From Spongospora subterranea f. sp. subterranea (taxonomy: Eukaryota), in the NCBI GenBank assembly GCA_049724395.1, contig JAUGWO010000110.1, positions 1 to 40,155 on the forward strand: a stretch of 40,155 nt of DNA. The letters run 5' to 3'. Within the stretch, counting starts at the first letter, position 1; each line of letters begins with the position of its first letter. Positions 37,688 to 40,155 of this stretch are shown piece after piece. The position numbers and the translations under genes are program-made. The notes under the pieces are model-generated. The model saw only the letters and a list, made by a program, of their open reading frames with translations. It did not search any database and had not been told where the DNA came from.

Positions 37688-38154
37688 ACGTCCGTCCTTC
37701 TTATCTATCCTGGACACGCTTCAACCTGGTCTCAATGCCACTGGAAACATTCATTCGCTGAATTCCTCCTGTCTCTTCCGTCCCAGAAGAAATTGCATTA
37801 ATCTTATCCCAATTTCACGCATCTACTACAGATCGTACAAATAATGTATTCTTCATCCCCTCAGCAGCCGGATTCTTCCATGATCATTTCTTCGGCAGAT
37901 TTGTTCCTCTGAACTTTCTCTCAGCTATTCATGACTGCACCTCTACAATGCCCGGTAACTCAGCACGAATCGCCATACTCCAAGACCTCCTTCCTAGAGT
38001 TTTATACTCCAACGGAAACCCACGCCAAGAAACCTTCTTCGCAGACATATTAGGTATAACGATTAATAACACGAATCATCATGCTAGTTACGTTCCCACG
38101 AAACTTCATCAGATGTTTAACTCAATTTTTGATCCTATACTATAACGACAACCG

Positions 38155-38957
38155 CTCTGCCGACGACCGTTATCCGCCCGGTCCAGCCGCCATCCTTTTC
38201 CGGAAGCGAACGCTCACCGATTGATCCACAGGACCACCTCTTAGCTTAGATCTGTGGCTACTCGACCAGCCGGACGCCGGCAAGATCGCATTAGCTGCTG
38301 GAACGCTTACAGGAACGGCAAGAAAGGAATGGCGCATTCGACTCCTCACAGAAGCACCCTCCTATTCGAGCTTCCGTACCTGGCTTCAATCTCGCTTCAG
38401 AGCGAAAGACCCCGCCGAACAGGCTCGCAACCGTATTCGAGAGGCGATCCACATCAACAGGTATACAAACCTGGAATCATATGGCGAACTCTTCACTCAG
38501 GCAAGCCGACTTGGGCGACGGACACGATCAAGAATTGATCTCCGCATTCATAGCCGGGTTGCAAGTTCCAACTGCCGTCGTCGAGTTGAAAATCCGCCGC
38601 CCCGACACTCTTCAAGCTGCAATTACAACTGCGTTAAGCCTTAAGACAATACGATCGGAAGATTCTCGGCATCACCGTGCTCATGAGCAACCGCATCGTC
38701 CCCGCGAAAACCCATCCGCGCCGCCAGTTCGCCTGTCTTCGGTCACTCTTCGTACAAGACTAAACCCGCACGAGCGCCAGCAGCTAATAGACTCTGGTGG
38801 TTGCCTTTACTGTCACCAACCAGGACACAGCATTGACAAATGTCCATCGCGTCCTGCGCGCCAAAACGCGATCCGCCTTTCAGCCCTCCAAGTTCAACCA
38901 GTCAGGCACATCCCACACATCTTTCGTACTGTCGAAATTATCACGCCATCAGGACCT
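38155..38957 (+). mobile_element. Ty3/gypsy-type gag remnant, truncated before the protease
   Basis: PPSFSG..., KIALAAGTLTGTARKEW...SFRTWLQSRF, FIAGL...RRPDTLQAAITTA, knuckle CLYCHQPGHSIDKC. Confidence 0.85.
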
Positions 38958-40155
38958 TGTCAAATTACCAAGAGCCGATTTACATTCCTCATCAGTCCCA
39001 TGATCTCGCACTCTCGTTACGTACGCGTGTACAATAAACTCACTTCCTTTTGAGCTCAGATTTAAGAGATTAAGAGTCCCGCTTCAAGCGCGATGGCGCT
39101 AGAGCCAGAGGAAGCATTTCCGCAGCCATCATCACCGATTATGAGTGATGAAGAATACTCCGCGTCGAGAGCAGAAATTCAAGCGGAAATTGCAACTCTC
39201 AAAACTTCCATCCAAATGAATGCGAAGCAAATGATTGCCGTCTTCATCCTGGGAAACACCCAAATGCGCAGTGTTTTACTCAACACCCTCACAAGGCTCC
39301 ACCAGGTTGGAAGCATCGGCCGAATTTGAATACGTCAACGAAGACAGCACTTTCCATTTATCCAGATTTTCCACATAAATCTGCAATCATTTCTCCGGTG
39401 GGGCAATACGTTAAGCGAACCTCCCCCGTTTGTACCAGTTCCCTGGTGTAGTGAAATTTGATGTCGATGTGTTTTGTCCTTGCATCGGTTCGATTGTTGT
39501 TGCTCATCGCCAATTGCCCTGATTATCACCAAAAATTGCTCTTGGTCCTGGATCCGGATACCCCAATTCTCTAAGTAAGGTCCTTAACCATACAACCTCT
39601 CTGACAGTATTATATAAGGCCATGTATTCGGCGTGAACAGAGGAAGTGGCTACAGTGGATTGACGCTTGCTCTTCCAGCTAATAGTTGAACTACATTTTC
39701 CCTCGTACCCGTCCGGATATATCAACATCCGTTGGAACTCTCTGTAGATATATATCTGACCCTGGACCTGCCCATTGGACCGCGTATCTATCGTGCACAC
39801 AAGGGCATAGCATCATCTACACAAGAGGTCATAACAAAAGGAATAATGTCCTGCTCTGACAGCGATTGGGGACAAGACATAGATACAAGGCGCTCAACCA
39901 CCGGGTATATAGTGAAACTAGCTGGGTCACCTATTAGCTGGAAGAGCAAGCGTCAATCCACTGTAGCCACTTCCTCTGTTCACGCCGAATACATGGCCTT
40001 ATATAATACTGTCAGAGAGGTTGTATGGTTAAGGACTTTACTTAGAGAATTGGGGTATCCGGATCCAGGACCAAGAGCAATTTTTGGTGATAATCAGGGC
40101 TGTTGGCGATGAGCAACAACAATCGAACCGATGCAAGGACAAAATACATCGACAT
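38958..40155 (+). mobile_element. Rearranged Ty1/copia element nested in the gypsy remnant
   Basis: Putative 110-bp LTR (TGTCAA..AATAAA..) 38958-39067, PBS 39068-39081, ATG 39093; RT/RNase H TRPDISTSVG, SDSDWG...RRSTTGY...ISWKSKRQSTVATSSVHAEY from ~39705 to the window end. Confidence 0.8.
39461..40155. repeat. Inverted duplication of copia RNase H (225-bp arms, ~246-nt spacer)
   Basis: 39461-39685 vs 39932-40155, almost identical; may extend past the window end. Confidence 0.95.

Overview
Eukaryotic genomic DNA from a compact-intron organism (GT-AG introns mostly 44-64 nt; tRNA-Val with an AAC anticodon). The style suggests a small-intron protist or fungus-like microbe, but taxonomy cannot be fixed from this window. 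A central island (about 18.4-25.5 kb) holds tRNA-Val(AAC), 7-exon V-ATPase subunit D, 3-exon Rab7 and two paralogous intronless Zn(II)2Cys6 genes. The flanks are TE debris (several Ty1/copia remnants, a Penelope-like RT, a piggyBac-like transposase pseudogene, a LINE endonuclease, a gypsy gag) plus a divergent NF-YB and a signal-peptide-bearing AsaB/CmcJ-like oxygenase. Most notable: (1) a tandemly duplicated multi-exon gene, invisible in the ORF track, for a putative secreted protein built from duplicated 219-nt exons plus three copies of an unrecognised Cys/Trp domain; (2) at least seven fold-back inverted repeats, several made from TE coding sequence; (3) two copia elements sharing a PBS complementary to the anticodon arm of tRNA-Lys(CUU). 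All calls are by-eye readings; no searches were run.
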